Positions 37,836 to 47,764 of a stretch of 64,000 nucleotides of DNA are shown here, piece after piece. Numbering within the stretch: position 1 is the stretch's first letter; every line of letters starts with the position of its first letter. The notes under the pieces were generated by a model. That model was given only the letters and a program-made list of their open reading frames with translations, made no database searches and was not told where the DNA came from. Source of the stretch: a virus. Its lineage: Duplodnaviria; Caudoviricetes. The DNA is taken from IMG/VR virus record IMGVR_UViG_3300032246_000977, positions 5,840 through 69,839 of that record; one strand, written 5' to 3'. Position numbers and translations under genes: made by a program.

Positions 37836-39165
37836 TTTAGATTTTAAACAAAATATTTTAGACAATCTGAGCTCTAGCTTTTGTGCAGCCAAATGGTACA
37901 ATGCTACCATCTGGTTGGGCTCAGGGCAAACAACCAGTTGCCATCATCCGCCCGCACACAGTATAGATTTGGAAGAAATTAAAACTCGTCCCAGTGCTAT
38001 ACACAACACAGTAGAAAAGAAAATAGATCGATTAAACATGCAGTTGGGCAATCGCCCCAAGGGTTGCGAATACTGCTGGAAGATCGAAGACATGGGTCGA
38101 GATAGTATCAGCGACCGTGTATACAAAAGTAAAATTTACTCTATAGAGGCCCTAGATGAAGCACACAAAACTCCGCATCAAGATGATGTCAATCTTCGCA
38201 CACTTGAAATTGCGTTCGATCGCACTTGCCAATTTGCTTGTAGCTATTGTAACCCTGCTTTCTCTAGCACATGGGTTAAAGACATACAACGCAACGGCCC
38301 CTATGAGTCCTTGGTGTCTGATGGGCGTGGCCACTTTACTCATGCTCACGATACGGCTCAACTATACCGGTTTGGTGAAACTAATCCCTATGTTGAAGCG
38401 TTTTTTAAGTGGTGGGAAACAGACCTTCATAAAACTCTTCAAGAACTGAGAATCACCGGTGGAGAGCCACTCATGTCAGGCGAAACTTGGAAGTTGCTAG
38501 ACTGGTTCAAGACCAATCAAGGTAAGAGTACAACACGTCTAGCTATTAACAGTAACCTAGGTGCAGAAGTAGACATTGATCGTTTGTTGGGCAGCATAGA
38601 AGGATTAGAAGTAGACATTTATACCAGCAACGAAAGTATAGGGGCACAAGCAGAATACATCCGTGATGGGCTAAACTATCGTCAATGGGTTAACAATGTA
38701 CAACGTATTGCAACCAGTGACCGTGTTCGCGGGGTACACATAATGAATACTATTAATGCATTGTGTTTGGAAAGTTTGACTGAATTCCTTGACATGGTAT
38801 TATGGTTCAAATTGATACATGGACGAGAAAAGATTAGTTTTACTTTAAACATACTGAGATTTCCTAGCTTTCAAAGTCCGCTGGTGTTGCCCAATGATAT
38901 TAGGTCTCGTCACAAGGAAAAGTTAGAACAGTGGCTGACTACAAATGCCGATAACCCATTGTTGCACGAACACGAAGTTAACCACATGCAAAGATTAATT
39001 GATTACTTAGATATAGTTAAAACGCCGCACTCAGATGCATTTGACATGCCAAAGCTACACAATGATTTTAAACAGTTCTTTACACAATATGATCAGCGTC
39101 GTGGAAAAGATTTTGCTCAAACATTTCCTGCATTAAAAGATTGGTACAATGACATACAAGTATAA
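37828..39165 (+). CDS. Radical SAM protein with an N-terminal twitch domain (2)
   Basis: CAAKW..SCHH..CEYCW; CQFACSYC; TGGEP; YDQRRGKDFAQTFPAL. Confidence 0.9.
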   Translation: MNDLDFKQNILDNLSSSFCAAKWYNATIWLGSGQTTSCHHPPAHSIDLEEIKTRPSAIHNTVEKKIDRLNMQLGNRPKGCEYCWKIEDMGRDSISDRVYKSKIYSIEALDEAHKTPHQDDVNLRTLEIAFDRTCQFACSYCNPAFSSTWVKDIQRNGPYESLVSDGRGHFTHAHDTAQLYRFGETNPYVEAFFKWWETDLHKTLQELRITGGEPLMSGETWKLLDWFKTNQGKSTTRLAINSNLGAEVDIDRLLGSIEGLEVDIYTSNESIGAQAEYIRDGLNYRQWVNNVQRIATSDRVRGVHIMNTINALCLESLTEFLDMVLWFKLIHGREKISFTLNILRFPSFQSPLVLPNDIRSRHKEKLEQWLTTNADNPLLHEHEVNHMQRLIDYLDIVKTPHSDAFDMPKLHNDFKQFFTQYDQRRGKDFAQTFPALKDWYNDIQV

Positions 39166-40405
39166 CTCAGCAGATTTAGTCAGGCCGGTAGAGTTAACAG
39201 AGCGTGAAGAATTCTTATTACGAGATTCTAAAACATTCTGCATATACCCCTGGATACACTTACACGCATATCCAACAGGTGAAGCATATCCTTGCTGTCA
39301 TGCCGAAATGGCTTATCCAGTAGGCAATACCAAATTTAAAACCTTAGAAACAATATACCGTGATGCACCCATGCGTGGGCTTAGAGAGGACATGTTGAAC
39401 GAGCGACCTAATCCTGCCTGTGGTCGTTGTTACGAGCAAGAAGAGTCAGGTTTCTTTTCAGGACGTCGCAGTGCCAACAAGCATCACGGGCATCATATCA
39501 AACGTATTGACGATGACAAGTTTCAAATGAGCTATTGGGATATTCGCTTCAGTAATTTGTGTAATCTCAGTTGCCGTAGTTGCGGGCATATCTTTAGCTC
39601 AAGTTGGTATCAAGATCAAGCCAAGTTGGCCGGCGGTACATGGAAGGAACAGAATGTAGCCCTAAATTATGCTGGGCGTACTGAAACAGACATGTGGGAA
39701 CAACTGATTCCACACCTGGACTATGTGGAACAAATATACTTTGCTGGTGGCGAGCCGCTGATGATGGCCGAACACTATAATATCCTAGATGAACTAGAAC
39801 GTCGCGGGCGATTTGATGTGCGTTTAATTTACAATACTAACTTTACACATATCAAACTAAAAGATCGTATGGTTTTTGATTATTGGCGTAAGTTTGACAG
39901 TGTAGCAGTAGGAGCCAGTTTAGATGCCATGGGCCCACGTGCGGAGTATATACGTCGAGGCACAGATTGGGACACAGTAGAACGTAACCGTGAGCAAATG
40001 ATGACTATATGTCCTAATGTAGACTTTTACATTAGTCCTACATTAAGTATTATGAACGCACTACACCTGCCTCAATTCCATAGAACCTGGGTAGACAAAG
40101 GTTTGATCCGACCACAAGACCTAAACGTAAATATCTTGCAAGACCCTGCACACTTCCGTATTGACATTGCACCTATAAAGTACAAACAACGTATTCGCTT
40201 GGCCTACGAAGAACATTTGTCGTGGTTACGCCCGTTGGATCCGCTTAATCGTGCCACTGTGGGTTTTGAAAGTGCCGTTAACTTCTTAATGGCCACAGAC
40301 AATTCTGCACTTGTTCCTAAGTTTTGGAGCAAGACCAATGAACTAGATTCTATACGCAATGAAAATATATTAGATATAATTCCAGAACTAGAGGCATTGA
40401 CATGA
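39149..40405 (+). CDS. Radical SAM protein with an N-terminal twitch domain (3)
   Basis: CIYPW..PCC..CGRCY; CNLSCRSC; AGGEP; LDSIRNENILDIIPEL. Confidence 0.9.
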   Translation: MTYKYNSADLVRPVELTEREEFLLRDSKTFCIYPWIHLHAYPTGEAYPCCHAEMAYPVGNTKFKTLETIYRDAPMRGLREDMLNERPNPACGRCYEQEESGFFSGRRSANKHHGHHIKRIDDDKFQMSYWDIRFSNLCNLSCRSCGHIFSSSWYQDQAKLAGGTWKEQNVALNYAGRTETDMWEQLIPHLDYVEQIYFAGGEPLMMAEHYNILDELERRGRFDVRLIYNTNFTHIKLKDRMVFDYWRKFDSVAVGASLDAMGPRAEYIRRGTDWDTVERNREQMMTICPNVDFYISPTLSIMNALHLPQFHRTWVDKGLIRPQDLNVNILQDPAHFRIDIAPIKYKQRIRLAYEEHLSWLRPLDPLNRATVGFESAVNFLMATDNSALVPKFWSKTNELDSIRNENILDIIPELEALT

Positions 40406-41625
40406 ACATACCACATGATAAGTTCTGCGTACTGCCTTGGGTCAGTTTAGAAACTAGTCCTATTGGTACTGTACGTCCTTGCTGTTTGGCCGATGACGAA
40501 ATCACTGACAATGCTGGAGATAAATTTGATTTAAATCATGCCAGTTTTCCTGCTATACAAAACAGCCAGTACATGCGAGATCTACGCAGAGAATTTTTAG
40601 ATGGTAAACAACCACAGACTTGCCGCAAGTGTTGGCGGGAAGAACGTGCTGGTCGCACCAGTAAACGTATGCATACACTAGATAGACTCAAACACATGTT
40701 GCCTGAGCAAGACTGGACTATTGACGCAAAGCCGTTGATGTTTTTAGATCTTAAACTGGGTAATATATGTAACTTGAAATGTCGCATATGTGGTTCATGG
40801 TCATCAAGTACCTTTGCGGTTGAAGAGCTCGATAATTTAACTGATGCTCAATTGGTTGATCGTAAAACAAATCATCATTATAAAATGCTACGTGCAGGTG
40901 CGTGGCCTAAAGAAAATCCCACGTTTTGGTCTGAAATGGATCAAATTGTTGACCAGGTTCGCTACATTGAATTCACTGGCGGCGAACCATTTATGATACA
41001 AGAACACTTTGATTTACTACAACGCTTGGTTGATCAGGGCTGTGCTGGACAAATTGAAATACACTACAACACCAACGGTACACAATATCCAGAGCATGCC
41101 GCAGAAATTTGGCAACACTTTCAATTGGTTGAAATAGCATTTAGCATTGATGATGTTGGAGCACGGTTTGAATATCAACGTTCAAATGCTGTATGGACAG
41201 AAGTGTGTGCCAACATTGAACGTTTTCGATTATTAAGAAGTCAATACTCTAACATACAATTGCAGGTGTGCTCCACAGTCAATGTGTTTAATGTTTACTA
41301 TCTTGAACAACTGGCCAACTGGATCAACACACAAGGATTTGATTTTATCTACTGGAACATGATGCACGATGCCTACTATTTCAGTATTGCTACCCTGCCT
41401 GAATCAGCCAAACAGGCCATAGCTGATCGATTAGCAACCGCCCAGGTAGATGATCGAACCCGTCAAGAATTTGACCATGTAATAGATTTTATGAACCGTG
41501 GTGCCAGTCTGGATGGCAACTTGTTACGCGAACAAATTGCTATTTTAGATGGTCGTCGTGGAGAAAGTCTCACCGACATCGAGCCAGAATTTGCCAAGTT
41601 AATTGAATATCATGTCCACTCTTAA
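40402..41625 (+). CDS. Radical SAM protein with an N-terminal twitch domain (4)
   Basis: CVLPW..PCC..CRKCW; CNLKCRIC; TGGEP; LDGRRGESLTDIEPEF. Confidence 0.9.
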   Translation: MNIPHDKFCVLPWVSLETSPIGTVRPCCLADDEITDNAGDKFDLNHASFPAIQNSQYMRDLRREFLDGKQPQTCRKCWREERAGRTSKRMHTLDRLKHMLPEQDWTIDAKPLMFLDLKLGNICNLKCRICGSWSSSTFAVEELDNLTDAQLVDRKTNHHYKMLRAGAWPKENPTFWSEMDQIVDQVRYIEFTGGEPFMIQEHFDLLQRLVDQGCAGQIEIHYNTNGTQYPEHAAEIWQHFQLVEIAFSIDDVGARFEYQRSNAVWTEVCANIERFRLLRSQYSNIQLQVCSTVNVFNVYYLEQLANWINTQGFDFIYWNMMHDAYYFSIATLPESAKQAIADRLATAQVDDRTRQEFDHVIDFMNRGASLDGNLLREQIAILDGRRGESLTDIEPEFAKLIEYHVHS

Positions 41626-42868
41626 ACAAATAATTGATCCACGCATTTATCGAGCACAAGCCGGACCTGACTGGCCAGCGTTTGAAGACTTTGTTACTGG
41701 AGCCACCGTTGCGGACCCAGAGATACAACAGGAACTGGATCAATTTGTTCGAGAGCAGACTGAAAATTATCAAGCAATCATCCTGTCTGGCGATGCTATT
41801 GCACTGGGTAATCAACAACGTCAGCAACAGGTATTTTTTAATAAACAATTAACCGGCGTTAATCCTTGCCGTGTTCCTTGGAATACTCTGGGTATTAATA
41901 CCAATGGACAGGTGTATATCTGTTACAGCCCTAGTTGGATTCCAAAATTTGTGGGCAATATACTGCAATGCACCGACATATATGATGTATTAAATTCAAC
42001 TACAGCACAGCAAATTAGACAAGAAATCCTAGCTGGTCGGTATTATTATTGTAATAATCGTTTGTGTGGATTTTTTGGAGCAATTGAGTCAGAGTCTTAT
42101 ACAACACAACCCACAGATCAAGACCCTATGCCTTTTATTGCGTCTCCAGAATTATTGGTAAATCAAATACCCAACGACCTTATTTTTGATTTTGATTATA
42201 CTTGTAATTTTAAGTGCCCTAGCTGTAGAACAGAAGTAATTAATTGGAATAAAGATCACGTTATTCGTGGAATTAATAATGGCATAGTACATCAAATTAA
42301 AACCCTAATTATTGATCGCATTGACAGCCAGCCTGTAAACATACGCTGGTGCGGTGGCGAGCCTTTTATTTCAGAAGTCTACATGGACTTGATGAATTAT
42401 ATTGTGGCCACGGGCAAAACAAATATTCAAAGCACAATACAAACCAACGGCAGTTATTTGAAAAAACATGCGGCATTTTTAAGTGGATTTTTGCCACATG
42501 TCAAAGAGCTTAGAATCAGCTTTGATGCTGGCACTGCGGCAACTTATAGTCAGCTCAGAGTAAATGGCAATTGGGCAACATTACTTGATAATGTACGCTA
42601 TGTAAAACAGTTAATTGATCAACGTGGGTTCGCCACTCAATTAACCGCGGACTTTGTAGTACAAGCCGCTAACTATAAAGAAATTCCAGAGTTTGTAAAA
42701 ATATGTAATGATATCGGAATAACAAATATTAATCTACAAAAAATGTGGAATTGGGGCACCAATAGTCAAAAAGAATTTGATCGCAATAACATCTATAATT
42801 CTTCTCATCCTGAATTTAATGATTTAAAACAAATTTTTGAATCAGTTGGGCAAAGGATACTCTCGTGA
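41603..42868 (+). CDS. Radical SAM protein with an N-terminal twitch domain (5), divergent
   Basis: N-terminal extension YRAQAGPDWPAFEDF; CRVPW..ICY..YCNNRLC; CNFKCPSC; CGGEP. It lacks the C-terminal DxxRG motif. Confidence 0.88.
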   Translation: MNIMSTLKQIIDPRIYRAQAGPDWPAFEDFVTGATVADPEIQQELDQFVREQTENYQAIILSGDAIALGNQQRQQQVFFNKQLTGVNPCRVPWNTLGINTNGQVYICYSPSWIPKFVGNILQCTDIYDVLNSTTAQQIRQEILAGRYYYCNNRLCGFFGAIESESYTTQPTDQDPMPFIASPELLVNQIPNDLIFDFDYTCNFKCPSCRTEVINWNKDHVIRGINNGIVHQIKTLIIDRIDSQPVNIRWCGGEPFISEVYMDLMNYIVATGKTNIQSTIQTNGSYLKKHAAFLSGFLPHVKELRISFDAGTAATYSQLRVNGNWATLLDNVRYVKQLIDQRGFATQLTADFVVQAANYKEIPEFVKICNDIGITNINLQKMWNWGTNSQKEFDRNNIYNSSHPEFNDLKQIFESVGQRILS

Positions 42869-44154
42869 AACCAGACACCTTGTGCATGGCACCGTGGACA
42901 CACACTTATCTCTCTCCACAAACAGAACGACGCATGTGTTGTGCCAGTCGTGAGCCTGCACAGAATTTTGAACAGTATATAGATACCAAGTCGGGCACAG
43001 GTCGATATATTCCCATCACGCTAGAAGAGCACTGGAACGGCGAACATATGAAGAGTGTGCGTCGTCGTATGATGGCTGGAGAAACCTTGCCAGAGTGCGA
43101 TGTATGCAACAGCAAGCTATTAAACACAGATGTTTATCGCAGTTACTTTAATTGTTTGTTTGAACACAAGTATGAGTCAGCCATGGCCGCTACACAAGCC
43201 GACGGCACAACTACCGTAAAGCCGGTCAGTTGGGACTATCGTTTCAGTAATCTATGTAACTTTAAATGCCGTACGTGTGGCGATATGTTGAGTAGTGCTT
43301 GGGAAAGCGAACAACGCCAGCATGAAATGATTGACTGGTCAAACACCAAAAACAACTGGATGAAGCCTGAAGTTCGAGCGGAAATATCTCATTTTCAAGA
43401 CACACAAATTGAAGCAGAATTCAGTGATGCAGTAGAACAACACCGTGTTGAAGAAGTATATTGGGTCGGCGGTGAGCCCTTGATGTACGAACAACACTGG
43501 CGTTATATGCAACGTATAATTGAATTAGGAGACGGACCAAATGTTTACGCTAGATATAATACTAATCTTAGCCGTGTGGATTATCGCGGTGTTAACCTTT
43601 ATAGTGACATACTTGCTCGTTTGCGAGACTGGCAAATCTGCGCAAGCCTGGACGGTACAGGACGCACAGGAGAATATATCAGAACAGGACTGGATTATAG
43701 TAAGTGGCGAGATAATTTTGCCATGGGATTGGACATATCCCGCCACCGGCGACAAATGCGGATCGATTTTACCCTCACCCTTCCAGGTTTATTTGAAGTC
43801 CAAAACATCCAACAACTCGCAGACGAATTTGGAGTAGATATCTTGGCCAAAGTGGTGTTTTCATTTACGCCTGACATCATATTAAGCCCACTGGCCTTGC
43901 CCAGGCAGTTACTGGACCAGACTGTGGATCGTTTGGTAATCACATTACCGGCAGGTGCTTTAAAAGAAGTATTGCTACAGTTAAAAACCAGACCAACCTT
44001 TGCAGAACAATGGCCTGATACTTTTGAACAGGCACTTGCAAAAGGCAAGCGTCGCGTGTTACAATTAGAATCAATCCGTGGAGACACATACACTCTAGCG
44101 GATATATTACAACAGGACCCAGAAATTTATGAGTGGTATAACTCGATTACTTGA
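42865..44154 (+). CDS. Radical SAM protein with an N-terminal twitch domain (6)
   Basis: CMAPW..MCC..CDVC; CNFKCRTC; VGGEP; LESIRGD. Confidence 0.9.
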   Translation: MKPDTLCMAPWTHTYLSPQTERRMCCASREPAQNFEQYIDTKSGTGRYIPITLEEHWNGEHMKSVRRRMMAGETLPECDVCNSKLLNTDVYRSYFNCLFEHKYESAMAATQADGTTTVKPVSWDYRFSNLCNFKCRTCGDMLSSAWESEQRQHEMIDWSNTKNNWMKPEVRAEISHFQDTQIEAEFSDAVEQHRVEEVYWVGGEPLMYEQHWRYMQRIIELGDGPNVYARYNTNLSRVDYRGVNLYSDILARLRDWQICASLDGTGRTGEYIRTGLDYSKWRDNFAMGLDISRHRRQMRIDFTLTLPGLFEVQNIQQLADEFGVDILAKVVFSFTPDIILSPLALPRQLLDQTVDRLVITLPAGALKEVLLQLKTRPTFAEQWPDTFEQALAKGKRRVLQLESIRGDTYTLADILQQDPEIYEWYNSIT

Positions 44155-45169
44155 TGTTATTGAAATAGACCTCGATGACGTAACTGTGTATGTTGATGTA
44201 CATGACAACACGTTAAGTCGTAAATGGCTGGCCGCTCTAAATGATTTAATTGCAAAAGATTATCATTTAGAAAAGAATTATTGTTTTTTGGGTTTTGCCG
44301 ACAGTGCCAGAAATGGTGCTTATCTATTAGAGCAAATTAATTCAAGTATCAGTGCAATTAATCAAGCTGATATTGGATATCTAATAGATGATCATTTTAC
44401 CTTGGCCAACAGTGTGGCAACTGGTGGCGGAGTTGATCACACACATTTTAATCAACTACACAGATATTTCGAAGATCTACAAGGCGGTAGCGGACACATC
44501 AGCAACTACTATTGGTCTGCTGATAATAGTACACGCTGGCATATACGTCAATTAAACCTGCTGTGTCACGAGTTTGAATCATGGCAATTAAGCTGGCGTA
44601 AAAAGCACACAGCACCTGAATGGCAACGACCCAGTCAGCTCATGTGCTGGCTAAATGCTCCACGCTTTACACTTGAAGCAGAAGACCTGGAGTTGTTTGG
44701 TATAGACACCATTAATCGTAGTCTGGGTGGAGTGTATGTGGGCGTTAACAAAGCTGTGGGCAAGCATCACTGGGAAGTGTTCCAAGACGAAGGACGTGAC
44801 AGTAGGATTGGCGAATTAATGACCACCAGCCTAAAGGCACAAACCGAAGCCGCCGGCGATTTTGACATAGAATGGGCCAACGATCCGGGTGCATTTCCGT
44901 GGCAGATAAAACAATTAAAAGAATTCCGTGAATGGCTAACAACAAACGGCTTTGACCCCGAAGACAAAAGTCTAACTATTGGACATCCCAAGGTGGGACA
45001 AGTGGATTTGCGGCGTAGCTTTGGTACAGAAGATTACCAGCAGATATGGAGTCAATTAAATACTAGACTCAATGTTGCGGCCATACGCACCAGTGACGCT
45101 GAAGCTGTATATGAATATCAATGGTCAGACTCTGACTATATGCAACAACAAATAAGGAAATTAAAATGA
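44129..45169 (+). CDS. Hypothetical protein (346 aa)
   Basis: Long ORF coupled to both neighbours, with His-containing segments (NQLHRYFE, LLCHEFE, GKHHWE). No family recognised. Confidence 0.75.
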   Translation: MSGITRLLDVIEIDLDDVTVYVDVHDNTLSRKWLAALNDLIAKDYHLEKNYCFLGFADSARNGAYLLEQINSSISAINQADIGYLIDDHFTLANSVATGGGVDHTHFNQLHRYFEDLQGGSGHISNYYWSADNSTRWHIRQLNLLCHEFESWQLSWRKKHTAPEWQRPSQLMCWLNAPRFTLEAEDLELFGIDTINRSLGGVYVGVNKAVGKHHWEVFQDEGRDSRIGELMTTSLKAQTEAAGDFDIEWANDPGAFPWQIKQLKEFREWLTTNGFDPEDKSLTIGHPKVGQVDLRRSFGTEDYQQIWSQLNTRLNVAAIRTSDAEAVYEYQWSDSDYMQQQIRKLK

Positions 45170-45267
45170 AATGGATTCGTAACTTAATTGATCGTATCAA
45201 GTTAGAAATACGTTATAGAAAGAAATTAAAAGAACTACGTAAAAGAGATCCTTTTATCTACAAATGA
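45166..45267 (+). CDS. 33-aa basic peptide not in the ORF track, coupled to the carbamoyltransferase
   Basis: Translates as MKWIRNLIDRIKLEIRYRKKLKELRKRDPFIYK*. ATGA overlaps at both ends fill the gap exactly. Confidence 0.8.
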   Translation: MKWIRNLIDRIKLEIRYRKKLKELRKRDPFIYK

Positions 45268-46736
45268 AATTAGAACCAGCAAAACATATACTTGGTATTA
45301 GTGCCGGCTTTCACGATGCCGCTGCCACAGTAATCCGCAACGACGGCGAAATACTATTTGCCGGACACAGTGAGCGTTATAGTAAAACAAAAAACTGTAG
45401 TGTGTTAGACGACGGATTAATATCAGAATTATGTCGCTGGCAATATGATACTGTGGCATTTTATGAACGTCCCTGGATGCATAATTTACAGCAATGGTAT
45501 TCAGGACAACAGCACACCGAACCCTGGACTACACGTGGTGTATTAAAGAAACACCTAGGAGCCTGGTATCAAAAACCAGCCACTAATGAAGTATGTTTTT
45601 CACATCATTTATCGCATGCGGCAGCTGGTTTTCAAACCAGCCCTTACGATCGGGCCACAGTGGTTGTAATTGATGCCATTGGCGAATTTGATACAGTATC
45701 AATATACGCCGCCTGTTACGATAAGAAAGGCCATGCACAATATCACAAGTTATGGGGACAAGGATATCCGCGATCAATTGGACTTTTTTATAGTGCTGTT
45801 ACTCAACGAGTAGGACTACACCCAATGGATGAAGAATATATCACCATGGGCATGGCTGCCTGGGGAGAACCCCGATATGTTGAAGACCTACGTCCCTTAC
45901 TCAGTGAGAATCTACATATAGGTATAGATCCAGAATTTTTATCTGGGGCCAGCAATGAAGATATTGCTGCCAGTGCTCAGGTGTTAACAGAAGAACTGAT
46001 ATATAATGTAATGCGTCGTGCCGGAGACTTTAAGTGGAGTCCTAACTTGGTCTATATGGGCGGCGTTGCTTTAAACTGTCTTGCTAATAGAAATCTTGGT
46101 GATTATTTTGAAAATATTTGGATTATGCCTTGTCCTGGTGACGCTGGCTCTAGTCTTGGTGCTGCCGCCCTCGCTTATGGAGGAAAAGTTAATTGGAAGG
46201 ATGCATACCTCGGCACAGAAATCGCTGGTGAATATCCCGTCGATGCCTGCATCGATAGTTTACTCCGTGATAGAATCTGCGGTGTTGCTAGTGGTCGAGC
46301 CGAGTTTGGCCCTAGAGCCCTTGGAAACAGAAGTCTGCTCGCAGACCCAAGAGGAACGGATATAAAGGATAGAGTAAATGAAATCAAACGTAGACAAAAG
46401 TTCAGACCATTTGCACCAGTTATATTGGCAGAGTTGGCTGATGAGTATTTTAGTATGCCCCGCGGTTTCCGTGATAGTCCTTATATGCAGTCAGTCGCTC
46501 GTTGCTGCCACCCTGACACTTTTCCTGCTATTGTGCATCACGATGGCACTAGTAGAGTTCAGACGGTGCCAGATAATGGCTCGGGCATTAGACGCTTACT
46601 TGAAGCGTGGTACAAAGAAACAGGATGTCCCCTTCTTTTAAACACCAGCCTTAACATACGTGGCGAACCCATGGTCAATGATCGTGCGGATGCAGACCGC
46701 TTTGAACAACTCTACGGCGTTAGAGTACACAGTTAA
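45264..46736 (+). CDS. O-carbamoyltransferase, NodU/CmcH/TobZ family
   Basis: ILGISAGFHDAAA, HHLSHAA, VIDAIGE, GGVALNC, GDAG, EFGPRALGNRS, FRPFAP, HDGTSRVQTV and LNTSLNIRGEP. Confidence 0.95.
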   Translation: MKLEPAKHILGISAGFHDAAATVIRNDGEILFAGHSERYSKTKNCSVLDDGLISELCRWQYDTVAFYERPWMHNLQQWYSGQQHTEPWTTRGVLKKHLGAWYQKPATNEVCFSHHLSHAAAGFQTSPYDRATVVVIDAIGEFDTVSIYAACYDKKGHAQYHKLWGQGYPRSIGLFYSAVTQRVGLHPMDEEYITMGMAAWGEPRYVEDLRPLLSENLHIGIDPEFLSGASNEDIAASAQVLTEELIYNVMRRAGDFKWSPNLVYMGGVALNCLANRNLGDYFENIWIMPCPGDAGSSLGAAALAYGGKVNWKDAYLGTEIAGEYPVDACIDSLLRDRICGVASGRAEFGPRALGNRSLLADPRGTDIKDRVNEIKRRQKFRPFAPVILAELADEYFSMPRGFRDSPYMQSVARCCHPDTFPAIVHHDGTSRVQTVPDNGSGIRRLLEAWYKETGCPLLLNTSLNIRGEPMVNDRADADRFEQLYGVRVHS

Positions 46737-47764
46737 AGATAAGTTTCAAGTCCGCCTTTACGACGTAGATCTTGTGTACAGCAACTGATGCCACCGTCCC
46801 AAAAGTAGCTATGACGCAGTTCACTAATGATAGGATTAATTCTGTGTGCTCTACAGAAGTCAAACACTGGTTTGTTGTAAGCACTAAAGATCACGTTCTC
46901 TTCATCCAACACCAAACAGTTGACATCAAACACAGTTTCACTTACAAAGCCAGTCCATTTGTTTAGATAGGTGTCTACATAATCAGCAAACTCTGCGGTA
47001 GGTGTTTGTCCCTGTACATACCAACGACCGTTAAAGTTTTCTTGTTTAAATTTGCCAACTTCCATGGCTGCTAAAATACTACTGTCCCAGACCTTGTGTA
47101 CTTCCCAGCCCGGAAAGTCGCGATCAAAGTGTAGATTTTCATCGTGTTTACTAGACAAGATAACACCAGGTTTTAGGATAGCAAACACAGCATCACCATG
47201 TCCATCAGTTACAGCTTCGTGTATGCGATATTCTGGTCCTAACACATTGTCTACAATCCAACGAGTTTGTACAGGTGTTAGATAATCGCTGTTGTCAAAG
47301 AACACATCACGTCCGACTCGCACAATGCAACTGGCACTGGCACCATTTAGTACGCAGTCTGGATCAAATGGTTTAAGGCGAGTATAATTATGTGGACAGA
47401 TGACCTGATCGCTGTACTCATTGCAAATGTCATGAAGTTCAACAATTGGTATGATTCTTAATAATTTTTGTCCTAGACTAATTTGCCAATCTCTGGGAGT
47501 CAAGGGTGGCAATGGAGCTCCACTACCGCTTAACTGTTGTCGATGAAACCAATCTAGATCTGGCAAAGATGGACGTCGTACACGGGCACCATATTGCTCA
47601 ATTACCCGTTGTAAATTTTGTAAATCTTCTTCGGTTTCGGCTAATATTTGCTGTAATTGGTTACGCACTTGTGCGTTTTCAATAAAATCAAAGTAGTGTG
47701 GCGGAAAAGCACGGCCTACAATAACTTCTTCAAGTGGTTGCCAGCTGGTATAGGAATTGATCAT
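46733..47764 (-). CDS. Amidinotransferase (glycine / inosamine-phosphate amidinotransferase family)
   Basis: NSYTSWQPLEEVIVG, PRD, GHGDAVF...PG and a C-terminal GGISCCTQDLRR carrying the catalytic Cys. Confidence 0.88.
   Translation of the reverse strand: MINSYTSWQPLEEVIVGRAFPPHYFDFIENAQVRNQLQQILAETEEDLQNLQRVIEQYGARVRRPSLPDLDWFHRQQLSGSGAPLPPLTPRDWQISLGQKLLRIIPIVELHDICNEYSDQVICPHNYTRLKPFDPDCVLNGASASCIVRVGRDVFFDNSDYLTPVQTRWIVDNVLGPEYRIHEAVTDGHGDAVFAILKPGVILSSKHDENLHFDRDFPGWEVHKVWDSSILAAMEVGKFKQENFNGRWYVQGQTPTAEFADYVDTYLNKWTGFVSETVFDVNCLVLDEENVIFSAYNKPVFDFCRAHRINPIISELRHSYFWDGGISCCTQDLRRKGGLETYL

Noticed and set aside
34674-45267. RiPP cluster (rSAM/SPASM maturases with a precursor peptide)
   Set aside because: No recognisable leader/core precursor, RRE domain, peptidase or exporter. 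The neighbours are sugar enzymes, and the 33-aa peptide is better explained as a carbamoyltransferase partner. Not formally excluded.
37224-47764. Saxitoxin-like cluster (SxtI/SxtK/SxtG/SxtN-like functions together)
   Set aside because: No SxtA-type PKS-like enzyme or other core genes are present. These families also occur widely in polysaccharide-tailoring loci.
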